A stretch of 64,000 nucleotides of DNA from the human T2T-CHM13v2.0 reference genome, Homo sapiens. How positions within the stretch are numbered: the stretch's first letter is position 1; each line of letters starts with the position of its first letter. A program made the position numbers and the translations under genes. Below are positions 18,448 to 34,612 of this stretch, in pieces. Under the pieces are notes generated by a model. The model ran no database searches and was not told the origin of the DNA. It saw only the letters and a list, made by a program, of their open reading frames with translations. The DNA is taken from the NCBI RefSeq assembly GCF_009914755.1, contig NC_060946.1, one strand, 5' to 3'.

Positions 18448-18734
18448 AAAAATACAGCATTCTAGCAAGATACAATCCCATTTACTTACTGCACACTTTC
18501 CACATCCCAAGCAGTGCTTGGCCCTTAGGGCTCCCATTTAATTGGGATATCTCATTTAATTTTCATATTTGCCGTATGAGGTGGGTGCTGTTAGTGCCCT
18601 TGTTTGTAGCCGAGGAAGCTGAGTTCCAGAGAAGCAAAATCTTTTGCATAAGAGCACACAGTGAGGTACAGTTAGGGTTTGGAATGCAGGCCTGTGTGCC
18701 TCCAGGGCTGAACTGCTCCACACTACAAAAGTTG

Positions 18735-19230
<496 letters not shown>

Positions 19231-19402
19231 TTCAAAAGCTCATGGTGGGAAGAAGATGAGACTCATGTCATGGGATGAAGGGCACAGGTCCTGCTTGGCT
19301 ACAATAAAGAGGGGGAATGGGAGGCTGGGGCAGACTCTGGGGGCTGGAAGGACCAGGTTTCATCAGGGAGGCAGTGTTCAACACGGATAGGACCAGTGAT
19401 GA

Positions 19403-19885
<483 letters not shown>

Positions 19886-20560
19886 TGAGCAAGTGATTTA
19901 ACCTCCCTGAGCTTAAGTCTTCTCATCTGGAAAATGAGGATGATGATGTCTACCTCACTGGGTTGTTGTGAAGATTCACTATTTCAAAAAAATATTTACT
20001 GAGCCTTGATCTGGGATACTGGGGACAGAGCAGTGAATAAGACAGGCATCTTGCACTGTTTTCTTTGTGCAGCTAGAAACACTAATTGTTTAGAATTAAA
20101 GGACAATTAATAAACATTTTAATAAGTTTTTTTCAGATACTGATAAGCCCAGAAAAGAAAAATCCATGTGAAAAATGAGACCCTGGGAGGCTCCAGTGAC
20201 TGGGGATGGCTGTGCTCCTCCGCTGTGGCACACCTCCCCGAGAAGGTAATATCTGAGCTGGAAACTGCAGAATTAGAAGGATCTGACTGGCCATGGCAAG
20301 ACCTGGGAGAGGCAGAGGGAGGGTCAGGGCAGTCCTGGAGCTGGGACTGAGTTTGGCTTGGTTAAAGGAGGAAAAGGAGGTCAGTGTAGTGTAAACACAA
20401 GTGAGAGTGGGAGAGTCATGGACAGCCACAGCAGGGGCAATGCCACGCTGGGTCTAGAAGGCCAAGGCATTTAGACTTCAAGTGCATTAGGGATCCACCA
20501 TAGAGTTTTGAGCAGAAGAGTAATATGATCTCGTTTTTTTTCTCTTGAAATCGGATAATC

Positions 20561-21157
20561 CAGTCAGCCCTCTGTATCTGTGGATTCCACATCGGGATTC
20601 AACCAACCGTGGATGGAAAACATTTGGAAAAAACAAACAATAAAAAATAACAATACGACTATATTAAAAAAAAACATGAATTTGGCTGGGCGTGGTGGTT
20701 CACGCCTATAATCCCAGCACTTTTAGAGGCCAAGATGGACGAATCACGAGGTCAGGAGTTTGAGACCAGACTGGCCAACATGATGAAACCCCATCTCTAC
20801 TAAAAATACAAAAAATTAGCTGGGCATGGTGGTGTACCCCTGTAATCCTAGCTACTCAGGAGGCTGAGGCAGGAGAATCGCTTGAACTCAGAAGGCGGAG
20901 GTTGCAGTGAGCAGAGATCGTGCCACTGCACTCCAGCCCAGGTAACAGCGCAAGACTCCATCTCAAAAAAAAAAATAATAATAATATGGATTTAAAAATA
21001 CAGTATAACAACTACTTAGTATTTACATTGTATTAGATATTATAAGTAATCTAGAGATGATTTAAAGTATGTGGGAGGATATGTTTAGATTATGTGCAAA
21101 TACTATATACCATTTTATATCAAGGATTTGAGCACCTGTGAAAGTCCTGGAATCAAT
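20561..21157 (-). mobile_element. MER2-like Tigger MITE, split by an Alu
   Basis: GATTCAACCAACCGTGGAT...AAGTAATCTAGAGATGATTTAAAGTAT. Confidence 0.8.
20684..20985 (+). mobile_element. Alu (AluSg-like) inside MER2
   Basis: Full dimer with A-tail. Confidence 0.94.
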
Positions 21158-22530
21158 GTTATTAATACAGGACCTGAAACATGATAGATATTTAATAAAG
21201 AACAGCTTTATTATTGTTTATCATGACTTGGCATTGCCACTAGTCATTACGGACTTCTAGAAGGTGGGCGGCCTGTGCCTACCTTCATTCTAGAGGCATG
21301 CATCTTGGTGCACCCACCTGCCTGGGGAAAGGGGAGAGGAGTGGGAACAACTCGGGACACCTCTGACTTCCTTCCTCCTCCTTGCCACATGCTGCCCCCC
21401 CACCCCCAACAAGCCAGATGCCAGTCACCTCTGCCAGGCCAAGGGGCGGCCAGGGTAGGATTGCTGGGCCCCCCTCCAGCTGGCTCCGGCTCCAGGCCTC
21501 TGAGCCGCCTTCACTTTGCCTTAAAAATGCAAAGCATTCCAGCCATTTTAATTACTGGGCATTGCATAAGCCAGCAACCAGTTCATACAAAGGAGCAATA
21601 GACAAAAAAATGATTTTTCAACATGCCTTCAGCCTCTCCCCTTCTTTCCTCCTGAAATCAGCCCCCAATCACTGCCTCCCAGGCCTAGAAAAAGCACTCC
21701 AGGTATGCACAATCTCTTTTTGAGTTTGTTGATGTGACATCAAGGTCTTTTTTCTCTAAATACTTGAGGCAAAAAGCAGTTCCAGCCACCTTCAAGTGTT
21801 TTGGAAAGTTACCGATCATATTCCTACTTGACATGCTAAGACAATCAGAGGACTCCATATTATATACACTGAGAACTCTGATATAAAACAGAGTTCATTG
21901 TGCAGTGGGTCTGTCCAGGCACCAATTCAGGGCGCTTTCAGTTCTGGAATGACTTTACTATGGGGTACTCCTAAGAAATGAACCTCAAACACAATGTTCC
22001 AGCAATGCTTTTGTGTGGAGAATTATTAGTACTTAAGTATTTATGTGATTGGGGAAGCTTCCATGTTTCCTAATTCTGATTTTTCAGTAGCCTCTAAACT
22101 GTTTTAACTAAATTTAATCCAAAAATTTGTTGAGGACCTACTGGGTATCAGTATTGGTTACGTTCTTGGAAGAGGAAATTCAATTAGCCCTGTCAATTAG
22201 CTCACTTTCTAAAGAGGGAAAGTTACACAGAAACTGACAATCCCAGTACAGGGTGATGAACTTCAAGTTAGGTCATCTCTGATGGGTGCTCCCAGCTTGG
22301 GTGGGAGGAAAGGCTACTTGTAGATTGTCTTAATAATATTGACAGTGACTATTCACTGATTGGCTGGCTCTGTGCCAGGAATTCTGCTAAACGCTTTCCA
22401 CATATATCATCTTATTTATTCCTTGTAACTCTGTGAGGTAGGCGCTATTGTTGTCCCTGTATCACAGACGAGAATACGGAGGCACAAGAATGTTAAGTTA
22501 CTTGTCGAAGGTCACACAGTTAAGAAAAGG

Positions 22531-23260
<730 letters not shown>

Positions 23261-26200
23261 GGGTCTCTAGAACCTTGCTCTTCACCATCGCAGACAAGTA
23301 ATAGTAGCTACGAGAAAAGGTCAAGGGAACGGAATGAACAAAGACCTAAGATGTGACTACCGGAGAAAAGAAACACAATCACATTTAGTGTTCACAAAAT
23401 CTTTTTAACTGATCACTAGAGTATTCAGAGATAGTGAGGAGTGCAGGATGGGACGCTGAACTTGGAAATCTCCACCACAGATTAACTGTGTAACCTTGGC
23501 TACATTACTAAACGTCTCTGTGCCCCAGTGTTCTTTTCCATAAAATGGGCATGATCATAACAGCCCCTACATCATAGAGTTGTGTGAATTACATACCTTT
23601 ACACTTGTATATTACATAGAATAGGACCTGGCACATAGCAGCGCTCAGTAAATGTTAGTTACTTATTGTTTGATCTTTGCAGCTGCCTCTGTGAATTAGA
23701 TGTTTGCCTTCGCTTTATAGGGATTCAATTTACGCTTAGAGAGCAATGCAGGAGGCTGGAGGAGATAGGACTCAAATGTTCTGATTCTAACTTCGGTGCT
23801 TACCTCAAGGGCTGGAAGGCATATTGACCTGGCTGAGTACTGTTCTCCAAGAGGGGCTGCCGACAAACTCAATGCCCTACTAAGTGTCACTTCTGATAGG
23901 GGCCATATCTAATTAATGGCTCCTCACCCTTGATTGGCGGGTACAGGCATTCTGGGAAGAAAGACCCATCTGGTTTCAGGAACTGGGCATCTGACCTTTG
24001 CATCCCTTCTTATTTTCCAAACGCTCGCCTTCTGCTTGAAGAGGCAGAGTGGTGGGGTAGTTAAGAGGATGGGCTCTGGCTTCCGATTCCAGCACGGCAG
24101 CATACTGGCGATGTAATCTTGAGTAAGTGACATAATCTCTGTGTACCTTAGTTTTCACTGCGGATGTGAAAAGGGATGGCAACGATGATCTCATCTACCT
24201 CATGGCTTTTGCTATAAGAACTGGTACAAATTAATATATGCAAACTGCCTAGAAGAATACCTGGTACCCAGTAGGCACTCTATAGGAATTAGTTATGACT
24301 ATCAAATTTTTTTATTCTCTTTTGCCTCCTTTCTTCCATCCTTTCTTTGAGTATTAATTACAAGGTCAAAGGGGATATAAGCACATGCTCTTTCTTTATA
24401 AACACAGGTCACTAGACTATAGGCTACTTGAGGGCAGGGGCTGTTCTCATTCACCTTTATACCCCTGGGGCCACACCCTGGTATACACAGTCCTCAGTGA
24501 GAATTTACTATGTGCCAGGCACTGTGCCATGCATCTTATTCAGCTTACAGTGTTTGATCTTCATGAAAATCCTACGAGGTATGCATCTCTCCTCCCTTTT
24601 AGCACGAGACAGCTGAGGCTCAGAGAGAGGTTAAGGAACTTGTTCAAGGTCACAGTGAAAAAGCAAAGAAGGATAAAACTCAGACTTATGACATCACAGG
24701 CCTTCGTTGGTTCCTAACCTCCCTGTTGGGCTGCCTTCTAGAATATTCCATGGGAAATTTTGAGAGATCGTTAAATCCAACCCACTTGGTTTTACATTTA
24801 AAGAAAGGAGTCACTGATTTACTCAAGGTCACACAGCTATTTTATGTGGTAGGACTAGGATAATAACCTGGTATATTGCCTCAATCTCATGTTTGAAATT
24901 TCAGGAGGAAATGAAGCCAGGTTCATTAGCTGTTAAAATATACTGATGAGTATGCCACCAGCTTGCCTCTGGTTCTGGGCCCTATCTACGTAATACGAAT
25001 GTAAATTTCCTATGGCATCTATCAAAATTTTGAGTAAGGAAGGGCACACCCGCACCCCTAGAAATTGCCTGCCAAGTCACTTCTCCTGCCTTCTCTCCAT
25101 TGCAAACCAAATGAAACAGAGATGCATCTCACTTGCCTGCAGATAAAGCTCTCTCCCTGGTCGTCAGAGGTAGGTACTATGCTTTTCTCTGCTTGGCTGC
25201 ATCAAGAGCTCTGAGCACTCAACGAGAACCCAAGAGACAAAGAGAAAATCACCAGTGCTGCAAATGCCCCAATGAACGTGTGGGCACATTGACTTTGAAG
25301 TCTTCAGGAAGAGTGCTGGTTTGGAAAGAGACCCCTGCATCTGAATCACAGCTCTGCCACTTCCTTGAGTGTAAGAAATTGAACATGCAATTTAACTTCT
25401 TTGAGCCTCCGTTTCCTTGACCATAAAATGGGCATAATACCATAGTACCTAGTACCTATTATTAAGGGTTGTGAGGATTAGTGGGACTACTGCATTGAAA
25501 GTGCCTTGTACATAGTAGGTATTCAACTAATGCCAAGTTCCCTTCTCTTTTACTCATCTTAGAAACATTTTTCAGCTTATCATTCCAAGGTTGACGAGTT
25601 GCAGAGCAGGGAGATGATTATTTATTGATTATCTCTCATGGGCCCAGCCTGAATTAGAGCAGCCTGGAGTGACGGGAAGATGATGAGGTACTAAGGAGTC
25701 TGATTCTTTGTTTGCTTCTGCCAATAATCTGGTGTCTACCTCTCTAGGCCTGTTTCTGTATCTGTAAAATGAGGGAGTTCAACTTGGTAACCCACAGCTC
25801 TCTCCTACTTCTGACCTTGTGTCTTACCATAATCTGAGTTCCTAAACAACTCCCTGCTGCCTGGTTGGATAGGTAGCTCTATGATCTCATGGCACACTTG
25901 ACTATCCCACTGTAGTTCTTTCCACCAACTATTATTTTCTTGTGTTTTTCTCCCAGAAGACTGGGAGCTCCTTGGGAACAGTTCTATGCCTTGTTCACTG
26001 TTGTATCTTCAGGGCCTAGCATGGAGTAACAGACATTCTGCCAATGTTTGGTGAATATTTGAAGGAAGGAGGGAAGGAAGGAGAGGACCCTGCCCCTATC
26101 CTCCAAACACTTGATCATCACACTATGACACATAAGATGTGAGGCAAATGGAGAATGTCAGTGGAGAATTCATGATTAAGCACACACCCAGAACTTGGAA

Positions 26201-26959
26201 ACAAGGTCATCTGTCTTACTGAAGCCATACATTCATGCACCATGCTTGTGCTTAGCCATCTGTGGTAATAAATCAAGACACAGCAAGGGCAGAGTTGAAA
26301 ATCTGGGAATACCAGAGCCCAAACTAGTTGACCTGGGGGTAATCTTTGAATGGTGACTTGTATACTAAAATGTAGAAGCCAAATGAATTCCAATATTCCA
26401 AGTGCAAAGAAAGTGTTGGGGAAGAGAAGGATGGAGTGGCCAGCCTGGTGCTGAGAACCAAGAAGATCCAAGAGCCTGCAGTTGGCATTTGTGTGTCCAG
26501 CATTGTCCCTGTTCAGGAAGAGAGGCTTTGGCCAGTGGTTGTGAGCACTGGAATTTCCTCAGCAAAGCTTTTGCTTCCATGAAAAGGAGAATTCCAGGGT
26601 ATCTCAGCTGAAAGACCCTTCCTATGATGCCCTCAATCCCTGTATTCTGAATCTACACACACCACAGCAACCTTCTGAGGAGAAACTAGCTTCATATTGA
26701 AGCTCTCTGTGACTATCAGGAGGAAAATATGGGGGTGGTGTTGACATGAGTCCTCTAGCCTATGTGACAATGAAATACCTCACGGGAAACAAGCCCAGTG
26801 GGATTTTGGTTGGTTTGCTGAGCTCTTAGGATCAGTCCGTGAGAATGATCAACTGAGGGAGCCTCATCTAGTTGAGTTTCTGGACCCAAGGAGCTGGATT
26901 CCAGAACCTCTGTTGGGGTGAATGTGTGACGGTGATACTCTGACTCCTCCTTTTCTCCA

Positions 26960-28270
26960 CTCCATTCATTGGTTAGTTTATTCCTTTAATATTTGTTCAA
27001 TGTCTACTATGTGCATATGATGTGTTAGGCAGTCACAGAAGCACCTGGATTTGCTCGATATCTAGAAGAGAACCAGGGATATCAACCACTAGGGGCAACA
27101 GAGTGTGCGAGGTGCCAAGCTGGAAGCCCGGAGGACCCAGTGTGGGTGGGAGGTGAGTGAGAGAAGAGGAGAGGCCTGAGAGGGGGTGGTCCATTCTGCT
27201 GGGGCAGAGAGAGGACCGGAAAATATTCACTAAGTGGTGACTCTAGCTGAATCCTGAAAGATGAATACGTGATTCCTGGCAGATGAGGTGGAGGAGGGTG
27301 GGGGAATATATTGGTGGCGGCTAGATTCCAGGCCAAGAGTGCATTGTGAACAAGGCTCAGAGAAACCGATAGCTGGAATATAAAGGGTTGGAAGAGGGCA
27401 GCATGGGTTTAGAGAGATAAGCAAGAACAGAGCCTGCTGTTGTATAACTGCAGGGGCAGCCATCTCATTGTATTCTATGTGAAGAGGGCCTCCTCCAGCT
27501 GTGGACCGTGGGGCCCTGGGGATGAGCCAGATCACAGAGGGCCTTGTTTGTCTTTGGAGCTTAAGACTTTGTTCAGAAAGCCACGGAGCACAAGTGAATC
27601 ATTTCAAGCAAAGAATAGCATGTTTTCAGATTTATATTTTAAAAAATGTACAGAAGCAGCAATGCAAAGTTGAAGTTGATAGAGAAAGACTCTGGGGAGT
27701 GTAACCAATTATGTCACTATTGAAATTGTCAGGAAAGAATCCACAGGGGCCTGATCCAAGGTAGAAATGGTAAGAATGAGAGGAAGGGATGGTTAGAAGA
27801 GATGTGGATCATGAGACTCTATAGGACCTGGTGAGTGATGATGTCATCCTTCGGAATGGGTAACCCCGGAGGGGACTGAGGGGAAAAGACAATGAGTTTT
27901 GGACACCTGGAGTCCGAGGAGGCCATAGGATCTCCAGGTGAAATTGGGCAGGAGGAAGTTGGAGATAGAAGACAGGCAATCAGAGGGACACTGTTGCTTG
28001 CAGTGTGCACTCCGGTGCACATAGCATGGTAGCGACCATGGGGGTGCGTGGGGTAGGCCTGGGAGAGTGTGGAGGCTAAAAGGGAAGGGGAGAGAGCCAA
28101 GGACAGAAAATTGGGAAACAGCTACATTTTAATTTCAGGAAGAACCTGAGGAGTCTGCCAAGAAGACTGAGAAGGTATAGATGGAGAGGTAGAAAGCAGA
28201 ATCCCAGAGAGAGTAGGGTCTCAGCAGCCAAGTTTAAAGAAGGATGCGATCAATGGTGTTAACTGCTCTT
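26960..28270 (-). mobile_element. L2 LINE fragments; others at about 6100-6570, 19980-20540, 33180-33500 and 60090-60630
   Basis: Purine-rich L2 antisense motifs, e.g. ATGAGTTTTGGACA; boundaries approximate. Confidence 0.65.
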
Positions 28271-29590
28271 TGGACTGTCCCCACAGCACAGGACAAGACC
28301 ATATCAGTTCCAGCAGGTTCCACTGAAGAAAGCTCATGTGCCTTGCAGAAACAAGACCTCCAGCCCAGTCTAACAGGAGACCAACCACATGTCCATCCCA
28401 TTCCCTCCCAAGGCATGACAGCACCTGGCTGAGATGCTTGTGTGTATTCTCTGTGTGAAGCTGAGCATGCAACCTTCAAAGAAACCACAAAGGAGCTACT
28501 CGTTTTTAAAGGAAAAACACATGAACTCCACGGGCATAAGGAAGACATTAAAACAGGGTTGGGGAGAAGTTCTTCTCCTTCCATTTCATAGTACCCTTCA
28601 CAGAAATAATTGACTGCTTGAATATATGGTCATTGAAACATACATACACACACATACATGCACATGAAAACAAGAGCTGGAATATTTGACTCTGCTTTCC
28701 ATTTCCCACCACCCTAGATAACACAGGATACAACATGGCTTTACTGCACACATGTGTTTTCTGGCTTAAAAACACTGAGAGTAGATCCCTGTGGAAAGAA
28801 ATATGAAAACCTGAGGATTCATGCGAATGTAGCCAGAGGCGAATGTAGCCAGAGGGGTCTTCAATTTGCTGGCAGAGCTGGGGGAGAGCTGGGGCAATTT
28901 TACTGCCATGAAATTGGCTCCAGATGGAGGCAAGGAAAGGTGTTTACCCCCTGCTGGTGCCAGACACAGAGAGATCCTGCAGTACCTCGCATCTTAGGCT
29001 CAGAATTGCCCAGTGCTGGGCAGCAGCCCCACTGAGGGTCTGGCCAGAGCTCATGGGGATGGGTGGACCAGGCTGTCTGTTGCTTGGAAAAGGCCATTTT
29101 GAATATAATGACTTTCACATGGACGGTGGGGCTTGGGGGAAGGCATCGTGGCTAGGGTCTGGAGGGGAAGAGGGAGGAAAGCAAAGAGGAGCTTCCCTAT
29201 GAGGCAACAGAAATGACAGTACCTTCTCCAGGTTGAATTTCCAAAACCCAGCTCTGCCCTGGAAGACTGGGACTGTGGCATCCTCTGCAGTGTTCCCAGA
29301 CCGCCCTAAGGCCCCCAAACCAATGATTCACAACTATGTTGCTTCCCCAGAGAGCATCTCCCCCTTTGGTTGACATGTGGCCAGCTCAGGGGTGGAGGAG
29401 CTCCGGCAGCCACGAACCCAGACGGGATGTTGACTGAGAGCTTTGTGGCCATGGCAGATGGGAGGGGTGAGCTTCACCCACTCAAAGGCACCCACACCCC
29501 ACCGATGAGTGTGGAATTGTGCTCTCCCGCCCTCGCAGTGAGACGACCGACCAGGACTGCAGGCTGAGCAAATGGGTGTTCTCTGGCTTA

Positions 29591-29609
29591 TAGCGCCCCC
29601 TAGCACCAG
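29591..29609 (-). promoter_or_regulatory. Candidate CTCF site with an imperfect 5' half
   Basis: Minus strand reads CTGGTGCTAGGGGGCGCTA; the 3' 11 bp match the consensus; lies in a locally CpG-enriched patch. Confidence 0.35.
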
Positions 29610-31078
29610 CCAGCGGGATAGAGCTCCGTGAACTCTCCAAGGAGCCACCACCTGCCTGTCTGAATGCTGGAAAGGGGTCGGTGGTGCTGATCATTGGACC
29701 CATTCAACCAATACTTATTAAACTCGTTGTTACCAACACTTAATCCCTGTGTTCTAGGGGCTTAGACTCCAGCAAGGGAAACAGATGGGTAAATAATCAC
29801 ATTAGAGTCAGCTAAGTATTGTCAAAGAAGTTGATACAGGGTGTTGTGGGGATACATGGGAGGGGAATCAGAGGAGGTTTCCCGGAGGAGGTGACATCTA
29901 AGCTGAGGTCTGAAGGATGTGGAAGAGTTCAGTAACTCCTGAAGACCAAAAAAATGGTGATAAAAAAGACACCTTCCTAACTTTTTAGTGCTACGATCCA
30001 AGAGACAAACAAGCAGGTGAACGCATAACTACACTGGGCTCCACCATAAGCCAGAGCCTGTCTCTCCTAGGACTTTGGCATCACAATCTTCTCTGAAATT
30101 CTGTTTTCGGCATTGATTCTTGGGGGAGGTAGCAATATAGGAACTCAGTGTTCGTTGCGAAACTGATGGATGGTCTTCAGTCTTGGGTACGTTCCCATGT
30201 GTCAAACCTGTTTAAATGGCAGGACCCATCTCCCCTTCAGAAGCATTCACTTGTCCTACAGGATTCCCCATGGAATCTTGGAGTTTTTGAGGCGAGAGGG
30301 ATCCTGGATACCACTGAGTTCTATCTTTCATCCAATAAACACAGAAGTCGACGCCTGGACAGGCAAAGTGACTTGACCAAGGCAGGTGCACAGCTATTCT
30401 GCAACATTGGGAACAAATCTCAGGTCTTTTGATTTTTTGTTTCCACTTTACTCTCTTTTCATTTCCCAGAAACAAAGTTTTCATGTGCTTTTTTTTATAG
30501 TGATATGTTTGGAATGCATTAGCTAGTAATTTAGGAAGGGAAAAAAATAAACACACAAGAGATAAACCTGTCAGGAGGACAAACCTGTATTGCTTCTGAT
30601 TGGCTCAGAGGGTGATTATTATCATGGTAGAGAATTATTTAATCAGTGTAAGTAAAATTTCTCTGTGGGCTGGGCACTGTACAAAGACTCAAACGAATCT
30701 GTCTACAGATCTGAAAAGCAGATACGAGATCTGTGAATGGCTGGGGTTTCCAAGCCCACAGTACAAGCATGGGCCACACCTTACAGCTTGGAGGACTGAG
30801 CCCTGAAAATGGGCAAGTTCCTTCACTTCTCTGAACCTTATTTTTCCCACATTTAAAACAAGGATGAGTAGTTTCTGAGGTCCTTTTTACGACTTCTCTT
30901 CCTACAGACTCTAGCATCCTATAACTTGATACAAAGAGGGTGGATATGAACTCACCTTTCCTAGAAAAGTTCCAGGAAAGAGAATACCAGGTCATCCTAG
31001 TAGGTGTGTAGACAGGCCAGATAGATCTTGAAACTTACTCAGTTCTTCCCAGATGTATAACTCTATCATTGTTCTTAG

Positions 31079-31421
<343 letters not shown>

Positions 31422-32069
31422 TGCATCTTCATTCTTACTGTTAGCCTCAGGTTCACCCCACCTAGCTTATTAAGTGATGTTGAATAACCAATTCTTACAT
31501 ATTATTAGGCTCATGGACACCATGACATCCAGACTGATGGGTGCCTGCTGAAGGGGGTGACCCTAGCAGGAGGACTCCCCTACGCAAGGATTCATGGAGT
31601 TTGCTGTTTCTTTTCCTTAGGGTGAGAACCAAACTGCCTTCACACGGTGGGCAGAGGGGAACTGACTCAGGTTTGGAATAAGAGAGAACATCCCAACTGA
31701 AAAGCTCTTGGAATTCGCTGAACTTCAAGACACTGTGTGGACCAGCTTAGGATAGGGAGTGAGAAGAAATTAACCAAAAGGTAATTTCGTTACTTTTCAG
31801 CTGGAAAAAAGATCAGATTATACTTGTGCTTTCATAATTAAGTAGCTGCTGGAAAAAAACGCTTCAGATGCTTTCTATGAGAAAACTGCTGCTTGAAGTT
31901 CAGCAGAAGTTATCTACTTGATACTTATATTCCAGGCAAGGCCTTCCGTTGGAGAAAATATCGGCACTTTGGACAAAACTGAAATGTGAAAAGAAAGGGA
32001 AGAGAGGGCCTCTATCATGTAAGATGCTTATCCAAAGTGGATTTGGTCTGGAAAGTCTTCTAAAACCTT

Positions 32070-32097
32070 CCACATGACTGTGGAATAAGTCATGTGG
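32070..32097. promoter_or_regulatory. Inverted pair of M-box (AGTCATGTG) motifs, candidate MITF/TFE site
   Basis: CCACATGACT-gtggaata-AGTCATGTGG, a perfect 10-bp inverted repeat. Confidence 0.5.
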
Positions 32098-33964
32098 GGC
32101 GCGGGGATAAGCGAATCTCTCAAATTCCACCACGTATGCCCTCATTCAACCTGGATCCTTAGAGTGGCCTCCAGGGCACTCTGCTCAGGACTCAGTCAGC
32201 TGTTGGCCACACCCATGCTCTCCAGTCTCCTGAGACCCTATTTGGTTCTGAGAGGGCTAAAAAGCAGTGTGGCTAAATATCCCAGGCCTCAAAGTATTCC
32301 TACTGTGGTTGGGGAAGCAATAGAATCATACCCCATAAAACAATGAAAACAGTGCTAGAAAAACATCGAGAGACAGAAACATCTCTACGAGTTAGGCCAC
32401 AGTTAGAGTGAAGGCAGGGAAGGTTTTTAAAGCTGGGTGGAGGGGACAAGTCAAAAAGATGTGGAAACTGGTTTCCCTTTCCTATGGCTAAAGTGCTCAA
32501 AGGGGAAAAAGGAGTTTCAAAAATGTTCTTGGAAATACCATCTCTCACGAATTCTTCGGCCTCTGCTGTCCCAATGTCACTTGTCTGAGATGTAAACAGA
32601 GGAGTTCTGAGAAAGAAGCTGAACTTGCATTTCTCCCTGTTTCTATTTGTTCCAAACTTGTGGCATTTCTAACAGGATGAAGCGGAAGAGAAAGGGAAAG
32701 AGACAAAAGTGTAGAAAGATGGAAGATCCCAGCTGCAAATGGCCATTTGCAGTTAGATGGAACAGCTGCTGACGTTCAGGGAAATGCATGTCTCTCTTCA
32801 GATGGGAAGGAGCAGTGGAAAGGGGTGACGAGTTCCTGGCTGGCCACCAATCATCCCATCTTTCTGTGCCGGTTCCTCATCTGGAAAGTGGGAGTGATAC
32901 TTGTGCTTGCTTTTCCTACCCACAAAGATTATTGTGAGAGCTATAATACGGTGAGATACAGAATCCTGCTTTTAAAAATACAAAGCAGAATCAAGATGTC
33001 AATAATAAGGATAGTAATTGTGTTAGTTATCTGCAATCATCTATTATAGCTAGTCGTCTAGGATCCTGGATCGTTCTCCTGGTTTTACTACAGTTTTGGA
33101 TCAGCTCACCCCCAAATCCCTTGCTGAAGGGTGGAGCTCTGTCAGCCATGGGCAGGGAACCACTTCCTCTTGCCTTTCTACTTTCTGTCTTTCAAACATG
33201 CCCAGGGTCTTTGCACTTGCTGTTCCCCCTGCCTGGTACCTCTCTCCTGTGGCTTGCCCCAGAGCTGATCCTTGTCTTTGTCCACTTCTCAGCGAGGATG
33301 GCACTTCAGGGAGCCCTTCCCTTACTATCGCAGAGAGAGCAGGCCCTCCCCAGTCATGTCCAACCCAGAACTCTGTTTTGTTTTCTTCATAGCCCTAGCA
33401 TCACAGAAAATCACCCTGTGCATTCATGGATGTCCACGGGGGCAAGGGCTTTGTGTTGCTTAACCCAGCATCCTGAACCGTGTTTGTTGAATGAATACAG
33501 AACCCCGTTTGCTCTGGGAGAGCACAGAAAACAGTCTTCTATCATATATCATAGCCAGCTGCAAACAGCAGATGGCTTCCCATATCCCAGAGAGTAAGAA
33601 CCAGAGAGAGAGAGAAAGAGAGAGAGTTTGGGTCTTTCTCCTCTGTGCCTGCTCTCTCCAGAGAAACTGGAGGGGTAGCAGTTAGCATTCCCCCGCTGGT
33701 TCCACCAAGCACAGTCAAGGTCTCTAGGACATGGCCACCCCTCACCTGTGGAAGCGGTCCTGCTGGGGTGGGTGGGTGTTAGTTGGTTCTGGTTTGGGTC
33801 AGAGACACCCAGTGGCCCAGGTGGGCGTGGGGCCAGGGCGCAGACGAGAAGGGGCACGAGGGCTCCGCTCCGAGGACCCAGCGGCAAGCACCGGTCCCGG
33901 GCGCGCCCCAGCCCACCCACTCGCGTGCCCACGGCGGCATTATTCCCTATAAGGATCTGAACGA

Positions 33965-34612
<648 letters not shown>

